From: Bdellovibrionota bacterium FG-1
Lineage (GTDB): Bacteria > Bdellovibrionota > UBA1018
DNA: 64,000 nucleotides
Assembly (NCBI GenBank): GCA_051382295.1
Contig: JBBCAW010000013.1
Span: 32,001-96,000, forward strand
Reading direction: 5' to 3'
Of the stretch, positions 36,549 to 46,602 are shown one piece after another. Below the pieces are notes generated by a model, which saw nothing but the letters and a program-made list of their open reading frames with translations, was not told the DNA's origin and searched no databases. The number at the start of each line of letters is the position of its first letter. The stretch's first letter is position 1. The translations under genes were made by a program, and so were the position numbers.

Positions 36549-37513
36549 CAGAGGCTCCCCCCCTTGCTGGTTTGGGTCTCTAACTTTTCGAGCTGCTCTG
36601 TGGCCTCAATAAAAGCAGGATGCGTTTGTTCCCGAAAAAGAATCCGCAGCACGGCTTCGAAATGCCCTTTAGCCTCCTTGAACTTACCAGCCTCCATGCT
36701 TCGTTTTCCACGTATGAGATGGTTTTCAAATTCCGCTTTGATATCCCGTTCACAATTTTCCAAATACAACGTTGCCAAAGGATGACCTGGCGACATTTGC
36801 AAGACGGTTTCGAATTGTGCCTTGGCTCGAAGGTAATTTCGGGCCATGTATTCACGAAAGCCAGTTTTAAAAAATTGCTCAACCATCCGAGCGGTTACGG
36901 GGTCGGGCGGAGAACCTGGCAAATATTTGCGCAAATCGTCCGGGGTTTCACTTTTTTTCTTACTGGGTTTGGAGCGCGAGGAATCGCCGGGCATCAGATA
37001 AAGAATGATCGCGACCACCCCGATTATCCCAAAGAGCACCAGCCGTCCCTTGGAACCCGATGAATTTCCCTGCGGCGACCTTACTTTTTTGCGTTGATCT
37101 TCAAAAATAGAATTCGCGGCGTTGATTTCCTGCGAACTACGAGGAGGCGCCACCAACATCATCGTTGCCGCGTCGCCCGCTACAAACTCAAAGGTGGTCT
37201 CGCCAAAAGTCAGGGAGTCCCCGTTCTTCAATTGGGCCTCGCGAGTGCTACGGCTGTTATGGAGCAGGCCGTTGGCGCTCCCCAAATCTTTAACGGTCCA
37301 GCCCCCTTGCACAAGGCGGAGTTCCGCATGTCGCCGCGAAGCCTTCAGGTCTGACACCACGATATCGCTCTCTTCGCCGCGACCCAAGGTCGCCTGGGTG
37401 CCCGTGATCACAAAAACAGCCCCGGAGTCGGGCCCCTGCACAACCTTGAGTCGGGCCTGCTCGCCTTGCTGCCGAGGCACACTGACCTGCTTGAATCGAA
37501 CGGCCGCACCCAT
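36548..37513 (-). CDS. FHA, single-TM, TPR-repeat protein
   Basis: LGR...ASRRHA...DLGSANG; TM LVLFGIIGVVAIILYL; start moved to ATG 37513. Confidence 0.85.
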   Translation of the reverse strand: MGAAVRFKQVSVPRQQGEQARLKVVQGPDSGAVFVITGTQATLGRGEESDIVVSDLKASRRHAELRLVQGGWTVKDLGSANGLLHNSRSTREAQLKNGDSLTFGETTFEFVAGDAATMMLVAPPRSSQEINAANSIFEDQRKKVRSPQGNSSGSKGRLVLFGIIGVVAIILYLMPGDSSRSKPSKKKSETPDDLRKYLPGSPPDPVTARMVEQFFKTGFREYMARNYLRAKAQFETVLQMSPGHPLATLYLENCERDIKAEFENHLIRGKRSMEAGKFKEAKGHFEAVLRILFREQTHPAFIEATEQLEKLETQTSKGGSL

Positions 37514-37521
37514 TGAGTCTT

Positions 37522-39144
37522 TTACCCCTCCGTCCTTGCCGCCGCAAAAACATAACAGCGGGCTGGGGAGCCCACCGCCACCGCGCGGCATTGATAAGTC
37601 ACTCCTGAAAAATCGTAATCCTCGGCAGCCTCGCCTCCCGAGGCGCGGTCAAAGATATCGTTAAAAAAGGGCCCTATCGATTGGTCACGGGCAACGGCCG
37701 CAATGGGCTGACCAAGCGCATGATCCGAGCGAATCCCACTCATGTCTTCGAAAAGCGTATTGATGTAAATAATATTTCGATCCGAATCACAAACCAGTAA
37801 ACCCAGTTTAGAAACCCCTCCTAGCATTCGAAACGCGACGACAAAATCCTCGACGCTCTGCTGCGCATTTCCGCCCATACCCCCAAGGAGGCCATCGCCG
37901 CCGCCCCCACCCTGTGGAATTCGCTGCAAAGCCGAGTTAATAATGTCCCAAAGTGGATTTAACTCCTCGAATTTAAACTCATGAGTGACCTGCCCCATTT
38001 CACCTTTCAGTGCCTTATCCATATCTTCGTTCAGCTGGGTGAGGGGCTTTAACGTCAATTTATACAGAATAAGCAAAATCACCCCGCCTAATAGGCCAGT
38101 AAGCACGAGAGTCTCCGAATAAGTCATGCCCATCTCGCCCAGATCTGGCGTCGACAAACTCGTATCAATCGAAACAATGGCCATCCCAACGGTGACGTTG
38201 CGTCCCGCCTGCTGACTCAAGATGCGAACGGGTTCAACCGCGATCACCAAATCGTCCGCCTCGCGCACCAATCCGTTTTCACGCCCGTTGCGAAAAAGGT
38301 CGCGCGCTCGAGTAGAGAAGGCGCCCTCTGGGCCAGCATTAACATATTGATTCAACTTGCTGCCAGGAGCGAGAACCCTGCCGTCTAGATCAGTCAAAAC
38401 GGCGACTCTCACGCCTTCGGCCGATTCAGCGGTGCCGATTTCGGTTTTAGTTTCCATTCGTGAGGCCAAAAAACCGGCATTATGCTCGGCAATTTGCCGG
38501 GCCATAAAGCTTGCGCGCCGGCCGATTTCCTTAACCAAGTGAGTGCGATTTTGTTCGAGCAAGGGATAGACCGAAACCACTAGATTACCGATGGCAAACA
38601 CGGAGAGGGCGGCCACGCAAAGAACGCGCCACTCGTGTCGAAGATTCAAATTGTAAAAAATCGGCATCAGATGATGCTCAAAGGTCCAAAGCAGCCGGCC
38701 TTTAAGGTCCTTGGGCGCGGGGGCCTCCAAAATTCCAGGGGCAGCCCCTAGAGGATTCATGGACGTCGGTATTGCGCCAGTTGCCCCGGGCTTGACCGGA
38801 AATTGCAGCAAATCTCCTAGCTCATTCAAAGCCGGAGCGACGCGCGGCGGACGCGATGGAGGTTGTGAGACCTCGAGGACATACTCGCCAACGCTAATGC
38901 GATCACCCGTGCGTAATTTTTTAGATTTGGCGAGCACTCCATTCACAAAAGTTCCGTTCGAACTACCGCGATCTTCCACGGTCAATTCGCCCTGGCTCAT
39001 GACGAGCACGCAATGACGTTTGGACACTTTCGCGGAAGGCAAAACCACGGTACTACCCGCCTGCCGGCCAATCGAGGTTTCGCCCTCTTGAACCGCAAAG
39101 CTCGTTCCACGACTCGGACCGGCTACGACGGTTAACTTATACAT
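37522..39144 (-). CDS. FHA-domain membrane protein with periplasmic, HAMP-like and PAS-like domains
   Basis: IGR...VSKRHC...SSNGTFVNG; two TM helices; LKPLTQL...EELNPL; GLLVCDSDRNIIYIN...FEDMSG. Confidence 0.8.
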   Translation of the reverse strand: MYKLTVVAGPSRGTSFAVQEGETSIGRQAGSTVVLPSAKVSKRHCVLVMSQGELTVEDRGSSNGTFVNGVLAKSKKLRTGDRISVGEYVLEVSQPPSRPPRVAPALNELGDLLQFPVKPGATGAIPTSMNPLGAAPGILEAPAPKDLKGRLLWTFEHHLMPIFYNLNLRHEWRVLCVAALSVFAIGNLVVSVYPLLEQNRTHLVKEIGRRASFMARQIAEHNAGFLASRMETKTEIGTAESAEGVRVAVLTDLDGRVLAPGSKLNQYVNAGPEGAFSTRARDLFRNGRENGLVREADDLVIAVEPVRILSQQAGRNVTVGMAIVSIDTSLSTPDLGEMGMTYSETLVLTGLLGGVILLILYKLTLKPLTQLNEDMDKALKGEMGQVTHEFKFEELNPLWDIINSALQRIPQGGGGGDGLLGGMGGNAQQSVEDFVVAFRMLGGVSKLGLLVCDSDRNIIYINTLFEDMSGIRSDHALGQPIAAVARDQSIGPFFNDIFDRASGGEAAEDYDFSGVTYQCRAVAVGSPARCYVFAAARTEG

Positions 39145-39494
39145 AGTTCATCCCCTGCGACGATCGCGCAACGATCGATTGTACCCACTGGAAGCTCCAA
39201 CGTGGCTTGCGCGCGTCGATCCCAAACGGGAAATAATTTCCACGGGCGCAGATTTCGGTGCACTGAAGTCACCTCCCACAATGCATCCCCTTGCGATGGC
39301 CGCACAAAAACGACATCGATCGCAATCCGCATGAACCACATATGAATGTCATGACAAGGCGACAACCAAAGTCCCTCCCCCAGCTCAAGCCGAGTTGTTC
39401 CGATTAAACCTTTCAGGCGAGCCCAAAAGTGGTCTGCCACGATACACTTCTCGGCAAGGAGGCTTTTATTTTTGAGGACTTGTATACGAATCAT
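39132..39494 (-). CDS. DUF192 family protein
   Basis: RLKGLIG, IHMWFMRIAIDVVF, TLELPVG. Confidence 0.88.
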   Translation of the reverse strand: MIRIQVLKNKSLLAEKCIVADHFWARLKGLIGTTRLELGEGLWLSPCHDIHMWFMRIAIDVVFVRPSQGDALWEVTSVHRNLRPWKLFPVWDRRAQATLELPVGTIDRCAIVAGDELCIS

Positions 39495-39521
39495 CCCAAC
39501 CCCTTAAATTCATTACATTAA

Positions 39522-40457
39522 TCAAGGAACTCCATTCGGATAGATCTGTTGAAGAGCCACAGGAGCAAAAATCAGGATAAAAACGGCAGGGACAATGAAG
39601 AGCATCATGGGGATCAACATTTTTTGAGCAGCCGCGGCCCCGGCCTTTTCGGCCATGAGCATCCGCTGCACACGAATCCCCTCGGACTGTTGCCGCAGGA
39701 CTTTTCCGATCGAAGCGCCCATCTGGTCAGCTGAGATCAAAATTGCGACAAAGGAGTTCACCTCTTGCACATCAAGACGTGCCGCCATTTCGCGCAAAGC
39801 ATCTTGGCGAGATGAACCCACTTTGATTTCCTTGAGCATTTGGCCCAGCTCTTCTACGAGGGGACTGGGTATCGCCTTTTCGACGACCTTTCCGATGGCG
39901 CCAATAAAATCCAGCCCCGCTTCAGTCGAAAGTGCGAGCAAATCGACGATAAACGGCATGGCTTTGATCACTTGCTTTTGACGGCCCTCGATTCGGCCCT
40001 TGACCCAGATGTCTGGGTAAAACCAACCAACAATACCGGAGGCGACAATGTAAAACCAATCGACATCGAGCATGTCCGCCGCCCGTAAAAAACCGCCGAC
40101 CAACGGGAAAAAGACGATCAAAAAAAGTTTGAACGAAATAAATTCGTCCGAGGTGAGTTCGTCCTTCACCCCCCCCGCAATGATTTTTCGGCGGTATTTT
40201 TTGCGTTGGCGATCCCAAAACGGCTTACCCCGAATCATGGGAACAACGTATTGCGTGAACAGGGGTCGCGTTATCTTAACCAAAAAACTCGAAGACTTTC
40301 GATCACGTTGGTCTTCGAGGTTTTCTTGGGCCACGCGTGTTTCTTGCTCTGCCATGACCATTCGGCCCAGCAAAAAGGCGCCCACAAAAATCAGCACATA
40401 GGCCGCATAAAGGACCAGCTGACCGTTTTCAATAGCCTCGATTCGAATATCCGCCAT
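39522..40457 (-). CDS. tadC: Tad inner-membrane platform protein
   Basis: MPFIVDLLALSTEAGL, DQMGASI, AEKAG...KMLIPM. Confidence 0.9.
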   Translation of the reverse strand: MADIRIEAIENGQLVLYAAYVLIFVGAFLLGRMVMAEQETRVAQENLEDQRDRKSSSFLVKITRPLFTQYVVPMIRGKPFWDRQRKKYRRKIIAGGVKDELTSDEFISFKLFLIVFFPLVGGFLRAADMLDVDWFYIVASGIVGWFYPDIWVKGRIEGRQKQVIKAMPFIVDLLALSTEAGLDFIGAIGKVVEKAIPSPLVEELGQMLKEIKVGSSRQDALREMAARLDVQEVNSFVAILISADQMGASIGKVLRQQSEGIRVQRMLMAEKAGAAAAQKMLIPMMLFIVPAVFILIFAPVALQQIYPNGVP

Positions 40458-40468
40458 AGCTATCCTGC

Positions 40469-40495
40469 TTATCGGTATTTTGGCGGCTTTCTTAA
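40469..40495 (-). promoter_or_regulatory. Putative sigma28 (FliA) promoter heading the tad cluster
   Basis: TTAA-N15-ACCGATAA versus consensus TAAA-N15-GCCGATAA, 11 nt before the tadC ATG. Confidence 0.55.
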
Positions 40496-40500
40496 TGATG

Positions 40501-40529
40501 TTTACTCGAATTCACGAGGCTGGTAAACT
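40501..40529 (+). promoter_or_regulatory. Putative sigma70 promoter, leaderless arrangement
   Basis: TTTACT-N17-TAAACT with TG extension, 6 nt before ATG 40536. Confidence 0.5.
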
Positions 40530-40535
40530 TGACTT

Positions 40536-41267
40536 ATGCCCTTGAAAAGACTTCATTTTATCCTGCCCGCTCTGGGACTACTCCTTCCAGAGCTCGCTTC
40601 AGCCACCGACCGGCTTCTCTGGGATGCCTGGTATACGGTCACCGTCAATAAAACGATGCACTATGAGTATTATAACGAACACGCCGAGATCAAAAAAGAC
40701 CGCGTGGTATTTCAGACTCACGCCTGGAAAAAAGAAGAACACTACATCAACGAGGAACAACTCGGGGCTTTTGCCGCCAATGATCCCGATTTGACCCCGC
40801 TTTTTTTTAATTTTCACTCGAATTACCGAACAACCGAAATCAGTATTGATGGAAACGTGAAAGACGGCAAACAACTCACAGTTCACATTCGCAAAGGCCA
40901 AGCGGAGCCCGCGGTGGTGAAACGCATGGTTCCAAAAAAAACATTTTTAGCTTCGCTGTTTCCGATCTGGCTTGGAAATCATTTGGCAAATTTCAAACCC
41001 GGCCAACTTTACGGCTTTCACAGCATTTTGGAAGATAACCTTGAATCTGGTTTTACGGCCGTCAACGGTCAAGTTCGCAGGGAGCCTGACGATTCATTCG
41101 CTCAAACCACCCACACCCTCCGTCTTCAAGTGATTTATCAAAACCTCAAATCTTTTTGGTGGGTAGAGCCGACGGGTGGGCCCGTGCGGATCGAAATGCC
41201 CTCGCAAAAAACGCTCGTTGAACGAGTGGAACGGCAAAAGGCTGAAACGTTTCTCACCGGAGAGTGA
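40536..41267 (+). CDS. Secreted hypothetical protein
   Basis: Signal peptide ending ASA; beta-rich; heads the permease operon. Confidence 0.7.
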   Translation: MPLKRLHFILPALGLLLPELASATDRLLWDAWYTVTVNKTMHYEYYNEHAEIKKDRVVFQTHAWKKEEHYINEEQLGAFAANDPDLTPLFFNFHSNYRTTEISIDGNVKDGKQLTVHIRKGQAEPAVVKRMVPKKTFLASLFPIWLGNHLANFKPGQLYGFHSILEDNLESGFTAVNGQVRREPDDSFAQTTHTLRLQVIYQNLKSFWWVEPTGGPVRIEMPSQKTLVERVERQKAETFLTGE

Positions 41268-41282
41268 TCGAAAGGCAAAGTC

Positions 41283-42197
41283 ATGACCCGTCTGTTGTGG
41301 GCTCTCGCCATTTTGCTTATTATTTTCGCTAGCACGCGCGCCCTCATTCGTGCCTTGCCCGGCGATCCGCTCGAAACTCTCATCACAGAAAGCGGAACCA
41401 CGCTCTCCGTTGAGGAACTTCGCGCGGACCTCGGACTGGATCGCCCCTTTTTGCCGGCCTTGGCTCACGATCTGAGTCGTGCGATTCAGGGGGATTTTGG
41501 GATTTCTCTTCTAAGCCGCGAGCCCGTGGCACCGCTGATTTCAAAAAGACTGATCAAGACCTTCGAACTCACGAGCCTGGCCCTCGTCCTGACTCTGTTG
41601 ATCAGTATTCCGCTCGGCCTTGCCGCAGCGACCAAGCCTCGAGGCTTTTGGGATCGAGTCTGTGATTTTCATGGTGCGCTGACCGCCGCCCTTCCTACCC
41701 CCTGGCTTGGCCCCATTCTTTTGATTTTATTTGCGGTCAAGTTTCCGATTTTCCCCGCTGGCCAAAGCGTCGCACTTCCCGCGCTCACTTTAGCGCTCAG
41801 CTTTTCAGGACTTTGGGCGCGGTTGATCCGTGAGCGTGTCCGCGACACTCTCGTTCGAGGATCAGCGGATGGCGCGCGAGCGCGTGGGCTTCCCGAATGG
41901 AAGGTCCTGCTCAAATATGGTCTTGCACCCACTTCAGGCTCATTATTGGCTTATCTCGGCACCCAATGGGGCGTCCTACTCGCAGGTGCTTTTGTCACTG
42001 AGGTTTTATTTGATTGGCCAGGAATGGGCTCACTTTTGGTTGAATCGGTTCTTAAACGCGATTATCCCATCGTCGAAAGCGCAACTTTTGTGGCGGCGGC
42101 CGCGTCCTTTTTCGGCACCTGGGCCGGTGATTGGGCTCAATCGTTTGTGGATCCTCGACTCAGGCCTGGAACCCAAACCGTGGCGGCAGGAAAATGA
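41283..42197 (+). CDS. Peptide ABC transporter permease (DppB/OppB-like)
   Basis: LPGDP, LGLDRP, GDFGIS, ARARGL, EVLFDWPGMG, RDYPIV. Confidence 0.88.
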   Translation: MTRLLWALAILLIIFASTRALIRALPGDPLETLITESGTTLSVEELRADLGLDRPFLPALAHDLSRAIQGDFGISLLSREPVAPLISKRLIKTFELTSLALVLTLLISIPLGLAAATKPRGFWDRVCDFHGALTAALPTPWLGPILLILFAVKFPIFPAGQSVALPALTLALSFSGLWARLIRERVRDTLVRGSADGARARGLPEWKVLLKYGLAPTSGSLLAYLGTQWGVLLAGAFVTEVLFDWPGMGSLLVESVLKRDYPIVESATFVAAAASFFGTWAGDWAQSFVDPRLRPGTQTVAAGK

Positions 42198-42991
42198 AAA
42201 ATTTGTCCATTCATTTGGCCCGTCTCTGGCTTGGCCTTTGGTTAATGACGGCACTCCTGATTGGGCTTGGGACAGGGTTAGGATATTTTCCGCACCTCAT
42301 TGAGCATAACCTCCCCCGAACCCTGGGAGGGCCTACTTTTCAACATCCATTCGGTTTTGATGCGTTTGGACGAGATCTTCTTTTGATTACTTTGCAGGCT
42401 TCCTCGATAAGCGCATTTTTTGCGGCTTTTGCCACGCTGACCGCGTCGGGATTAGGCGTGCTACTGGGCACTTGGATCGCCATTTCCCCCCATCGTCTGA
42501 ACTTTTTCCTTTCCCGATGTCTCGAAACAGTGCTGGCCTTTCCCTCATTACTTTTTGCACTCGCTTGGGCCGCCATCCGTGGGCCAGGTTGGGATACTTT
42601 GGCTATGTCACTCCTTTTAGGGAGCGTTCCGGGCCTTACCCGTCTTATTCAAGTACGAGCCCGAGAAATCCTGTCCGAAGACTATGTGCTGGCAGCGCGA
42701 TCCCTGGGCGCCAGCGGGCTTCGGGTGGGCTACCGCCATATTGCCCCTGCCGTAATTTCCTTTTGTCGGATTAAGGCACCCAATCTTTTTGCATCGGCAC
42801 TGATGGCCGAAGCCACCCTTTCTTTTTTAGGCTTGGGAGCCCCTATCGGCCGAGACACCTGGGGGTCACTGCTGGCACAAGGGAAGGATTACTTGATTGA
42901 AGCACCTCATCTTGCCTTTGGGGCTGGGCTTCCCTTGGTTTTGACAGTGCTGAGTGTGCAGATTTTAGCTTCACGACAATCGCGGAATTGA
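42194..42991 (+). CDS. Peptide ABC transporter permease (DppC/OppC-like)
   Basis: ATGA overlap; HPFGFDAFGRDL, DYVLAARSLGA, EATLSFLGLG. Confidence 0.88.
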   Translation: MKNLSIHLARLWLGLWLMTALLIGLGTGLGYFPHLIEHNLPRTLGGPTFQHPFGFDAFGRDLLLITLQASSISAFFAAFATLTASGLGVLLGTWIAISPHRLNFFLSRCLETVLAFPSLLFALAWAAIRGPGWDTLAMSLLLGSVPGLTRLIQVRAREILSEDYVLAARSLGASGLRVGYRHIAPAVISFCRIKAPNLFASALMAEATLSFLGLGAPIGRDTWGSLLAQGKDYLIEAPHLAFGAGLPLVLTVLSVQILASRQSRN

Positions 42992-43007
42992 GCTAGTATC
43001 GGGGACG

Positions 43008-44150
43008 ATGGCTGCTCAACCTCGCAAGTCTCCCGATAAACCCAGTCCCGGCAATCCCACTCAAACAGCTCGTACGGCTTTGGGTCAGCTTTTTATCATG
43101 GGATTCAGTGGCCCGGAACTTTCTGCGGAAACTCAAGCCTTCATCTCCCAGGCGGGAATCGGCGGACTCCTGCTCCAAACCGTGAATTACGAATCACCAG
43201 CACAATTAGCCGAGCTCAGCAATCAAGCTCAGGAATGCAGCAAAGAGTTTCCACTTTGGATCGCAGTGGACCACGAGGGAGGACGGGTTCAAAGATTCAA
43301 AAAACATTTTACGCGAATCCCCGATGCGGCGGTCATTGGCGCCATGAACTCCCCTCGTCTCGCTTTTGAAATTTCCGAGATGGTCGCAAAAGAGCTGAAA
43401 GCGGTTGGCATCAATCTCAACTTTGCACCGGTGGTCGATATCGCCACGGACCCTCGCAACGCAGTCCTCGTCAACCGCGCCTATGGAAACACCGAAGACA
43501 CGGTTTCCAAAATTGCAAACGCCGTTGTGCGAGGCCATGTGGTGCAAGGTGTACAACCCTGCATTAAGCATTTTCCCGGTCACGGGGACACCGGTACCGA
43601 TTCGCATTTTTCACTCCCGCGCGTCGATACAACGCTCGAGATTTTGCGCGAACGCGAATTTAAGCCTTTTACCAAAGCCTTTAAATCTCGTTGCGCGATG
43701 GTGATGACTGGCCACATCGTTTGCACTCGGCTTGACCCTGAATTCCCAGCCACCCTTTCGGCTAAAATTCTTCGGGGAATTCTGCGAACCGAATTACGGT
43801 ATTCGCGGTTAATCATCAGTGACGAAATGGAAATGAAAGCCATTTCTGATCACTATAGTGCTGAACACGCGCCCATCCTTGCGCTCCAGGCAGGTTGTGA
43901 CGTTCTCCTTTACAAAGCCGAAGCAGGTGCACGCCTCGCCTATGCGGCGGTCCTGAAAGCGCTAGATGAGGGTCAACTCGCCCCGGCAATTATCCTCGAA
44001 GCAGCTCGACGAGTGCGCGACTTCAAGCAAAGCACGTTACTTCCCTATCACCCCGCCAAGGTCGCCGACGTGGGAAAAACCGTCGGAATTCCCGAACATC
44101 AGCAGCTGATGGAACAGGTACTCGCAGGTCCGGCTTCGGGCGAACACTGA
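43008..44150 (+). CDS. nagZ: Beta-N-acetylhexosaminidase (GH3)
   Basis: VDHEGGRVQR, NFAPVVD, KHFPGHGDTGTDSH. Confidence 0.9.
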   Translation: MAAQPRKSPDKPSPGNPTQTARTALGQLFIMGFSGPELSAETQAFISQAGIGGLLLQTVNYESPAQLAELSNQAQECSKEFPLWIAVDHEGGRVQRFKKHFTRIPDAAVIGAMNSPRLAFEISEMVAKELKAVGINLNFAPVVDIATDPRNAVLVNRAYGNTEDTVSKIANAVVRGHVVQGVQPCIKHFPGHGDTGTDSHFSLPRVDTTLEILREREFKPFTKAFKSRCAMVMTGHIVCTRLDPEFPATLSAKILRGILRTELRYSRLIISDEMEMKAISDHYSAEHAPILALQAGCDVLLYKAEAGARLAYAAVLKALDEGQLAPAIILEAARRVRDFKQSTLLPYHPAKVADVGKTVGIPEHQQLMEQVLAGPASGEH

Positions 44151-44336
44151 TCCGCTTTAATACGTAAACTGTATTTAAAAACCCCCACCCCAACTCCATC
44201 TACTGCCGCAGCCAGGCAGTTCAGCGATCTCACCCCGACAAAAACCCATTGAGCCTCGCCAAATTCAGCCTACAACTAAAGCTCCTTGCCTTTTTAGACG
44301 CAACGCGTTAACAATCACCCCACTGAGGAGTATCCC

Positions 44337-45097
44337 ATGAAATCCGTGCTCAGTTTCAATGTAATTGCCTCGCTATTAGCTACTTCGCTCGCGCAAGCGG
44401 CGCCGGTTTGTACTGATCCCAATTTTTCAAAAGCGCTGCAACTCATCGATCAAAACGTTGCAGAAATTCAGATCGCTCGCGACCTAAACGCCGCGATTTT
44501 AGCAGATCGAAAACACGATCTCAAAGGGGCCACCACCCTCACTCATACAGCGACCGTATTGACCGCAGTCGATCTTGTCACAATAGGTGTAATCGCGGGA
44601 TGGTACGCAGGTGCCCATTTCATAGGGCCCGCTACCGCTTCAGCCGAAGCTCTAGAAAGAACAGCTAATAGATTCATTCGCGGGCTTGCCGTGTTGGGCT
44701 CGGGCATCGGCGGTGCAGGCGTGGGCGCGGCCAGTGGAATTGGGGCCACTTACTACCTCTACTCCCAGGCTGGCAAAATGGACTTCACACTCGCATTTGA
44801 ATCAATTGAAAAGGGCACCCCCTTTGTCGCGATCAATTCCGGCGACACTCTGTCTCGGGTCCAAGACCTCATTAAACGCTATCGAGAGGTACACAGTAAA
44901 GTAGGACAAATCACGGTGTCTCGTTTGACGGAAATCGAACAAAAAACCACTGGTATAGCCTCGGCTGGGGTGACCTCGCGTCGATCAAAGCCTTGGTCGC
45001 CGAAAATAAAACCCACGTCGAAATCTACGATATCGAGGCCAAGCTATTTCAGGGGCTGAGTAACGAAATCGGAAACCTATGCGGAATTCTCCATTAA
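44337..45097 (+). pseudogene. Secreted helical protein with glycine-zipper segment, apparently frameshifted at the A6 run 44941-44946
   Basis: GAGGAG RBS and signal peptide; annotated frame ends in an atypical S/P/K/R tail; adding one A gives NHWYSLGWGDLASIKALVAENKTHVEIYDIEAKLFQGLSNEIGNLCGILH to TAA 45097. Confidence 0.55.
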
Positions 45098-45693
45098 ACT
45101 CACTCCATTTAGACCGCTTTGATGCTCTCTTGTTTGATCTGGATGGCACGCTCGCTGACTCAATGGAAATTCATAACCAGGCGTGGATTGCGACACTTCA
45201 AGAATTGGGATATCCGATGACTCACGCGATCTTGCAAGAATATGCGGGAATTCCCAATCCAAAAACAACGGAACTTTTTAACGAGCGTTTTGGCTGGAGT
45301 CTCGATCCTCATACAATTTCGATCGATAAAGAATCCCGTTTTTTGAAAAACGTCCAACGCGTCCGCCCGATCCACGAGGTTCTTGAAATTGCCCGGAAGC
45401 ATCACCTCACCAAAGCGATGGCCATTGTGTCCGGTGGCTCCAAAGACTTGGTCCGGCGAATTTTGGCGGCCCTTCAAATCGAAGATCTCTTTCCAGTCCG
45501 CATTTGCGCAGAGGATACCCCCCGCGGAAAACCTCACCCCGATCCGTTTCTTTTCGCCGCTCATCTTTTGAAAGTCAGCCCTGAAAAATGTCTGGTCTTT
45601 GAAGACGGCGAGGCCGGAATTCAAGGCGCCAAAGAAGCGGGAATGGGGATTGTGCACGTTGGAGCGAAGTTTGACTTGACGTTTTTGGGCTGA
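45079..45693 (+). CDS. HAD-superfamily phosphatase (YqaB/beta-PGM-like)
   Basis: FDLDGTLADS, GKPHPD, CLVFEDGEAG. Confidence 0.9.
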   Translation: MRNSPLNSLHLDRFDALLFDLDGTLADSMEIHNQAWIATLQELGYPMTHAILQEYAGIPNPKTTELFNERFGWSLDPHTISIDKESRFLKNVQRVRPIHEVLEIARKHHLTKAMAIVSGGSKDLVRRILAALQIEDLFPVRICAEDTPRGKPHPDPFLFAAHLLKVSPEKCLVFEDGEAGIQGAKEAGMGIVHVGAKFDLTFLG

Positions 45694-45911
45694 AAAAATT
45701 TATTAAACAGCCACTATTGTAAATCAATAGTTGACAACTACAGTTCAAGCCAGTACACCTCCGACCTGTCAGTAATAGACCGATAACCAAAACCTGAAAT
45801 TGAAAAATACCATAATTTCATCAAGTTAAAAAAATAAACCCCCTGCATTTATTCTTTGACTTATTTAATCAACTATTGTATTTTCCACTCCGTCATTTGG
45901 AGGATTTTGCC

Positions 45912-46565
45912 ATGAATCGGAATTCGAAAATTTTGGGAACCGCGATTACTCTAGCCGCCCTCAGTCTCATTTGCCTCGAAGCGATCCACGCCGACGAGGC
46001 ACCCCCCACCGCCCCACTCATACCCGGAAAAATTCTCATTACCATCACCACCGATAAAGACGGAAGTACCCCCCAAAAACTTCACCAGTTTAGCCTGAAT
46101 GTCATCACCAACGAAGCCAATGAAATTCAGGGCATCTTCTACTTTGAAAAAGGCCGCGAACGGATGCCATGTATCAAAAGGGTGTCCTTACAAAATTGTA
46201 TCATTCCCCTTTCGGACATCGGCAAAGAGGGCGCGGTTCTAGAGCGTGCCATCAACCCCATGTCAAGAACCCGCTTTGACGTCATTACCCTCAAGATCAC
46301 CTCACCTATTGATCTGGCCACTTCCTCAGGGACCGTCACCATTCACTATCTCGCACAAGCGATTTCGGCGTTGGACCCCACGCAAGCCGACGTCTACGGT
46401 GACTTTGATATTACGCTCGGCAAAGTGGACGGCGCATGGAAAGCCTTTTTACCCGTCACAGACAAGGCAAAGACCCCCACCTTGATCAATAATCTTTTCA
46501 TGGAAACCTTGTTCTTTCCCTTCGGCCATTATGCCATCGGAATCAAACAGGTGAACCCAAGTTAA
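45912..46565 (+). CDS. Secreted hypothetical protein
   Basis: GGAGG before ATG 45912; signal peptide ending IHA. Confidence 0.7.
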   Translation: MNRNSKILGTAITLAALSLICLEAIHADEAPPTAPLIPGKILITITTDKDGSTPQKLHQFSLNVITNEANEIQGIFYFEKGRERMPCIKRVSLQNCIIPLSDIGKEGAVLERAINPMSRTRFDVITLKITSPIDLATSSGTVTIHYLAQAISALDPTQADVYGDFDITLGKVDGAWKAFLPVTDKAKTPTLINNLFMETLFFPFGHYAIGIKQVNPS

Positions 46566-46602
46566 TCTGGAGTTTTCGGAAGGTCGCAGCTTACAATGAA
46601 TC

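Noticed and set aside
44941..44947. Programmed -1 frameshift at AAAAAAC
   Set aside because: The heptamer is not in the required register relative to the upstream frame
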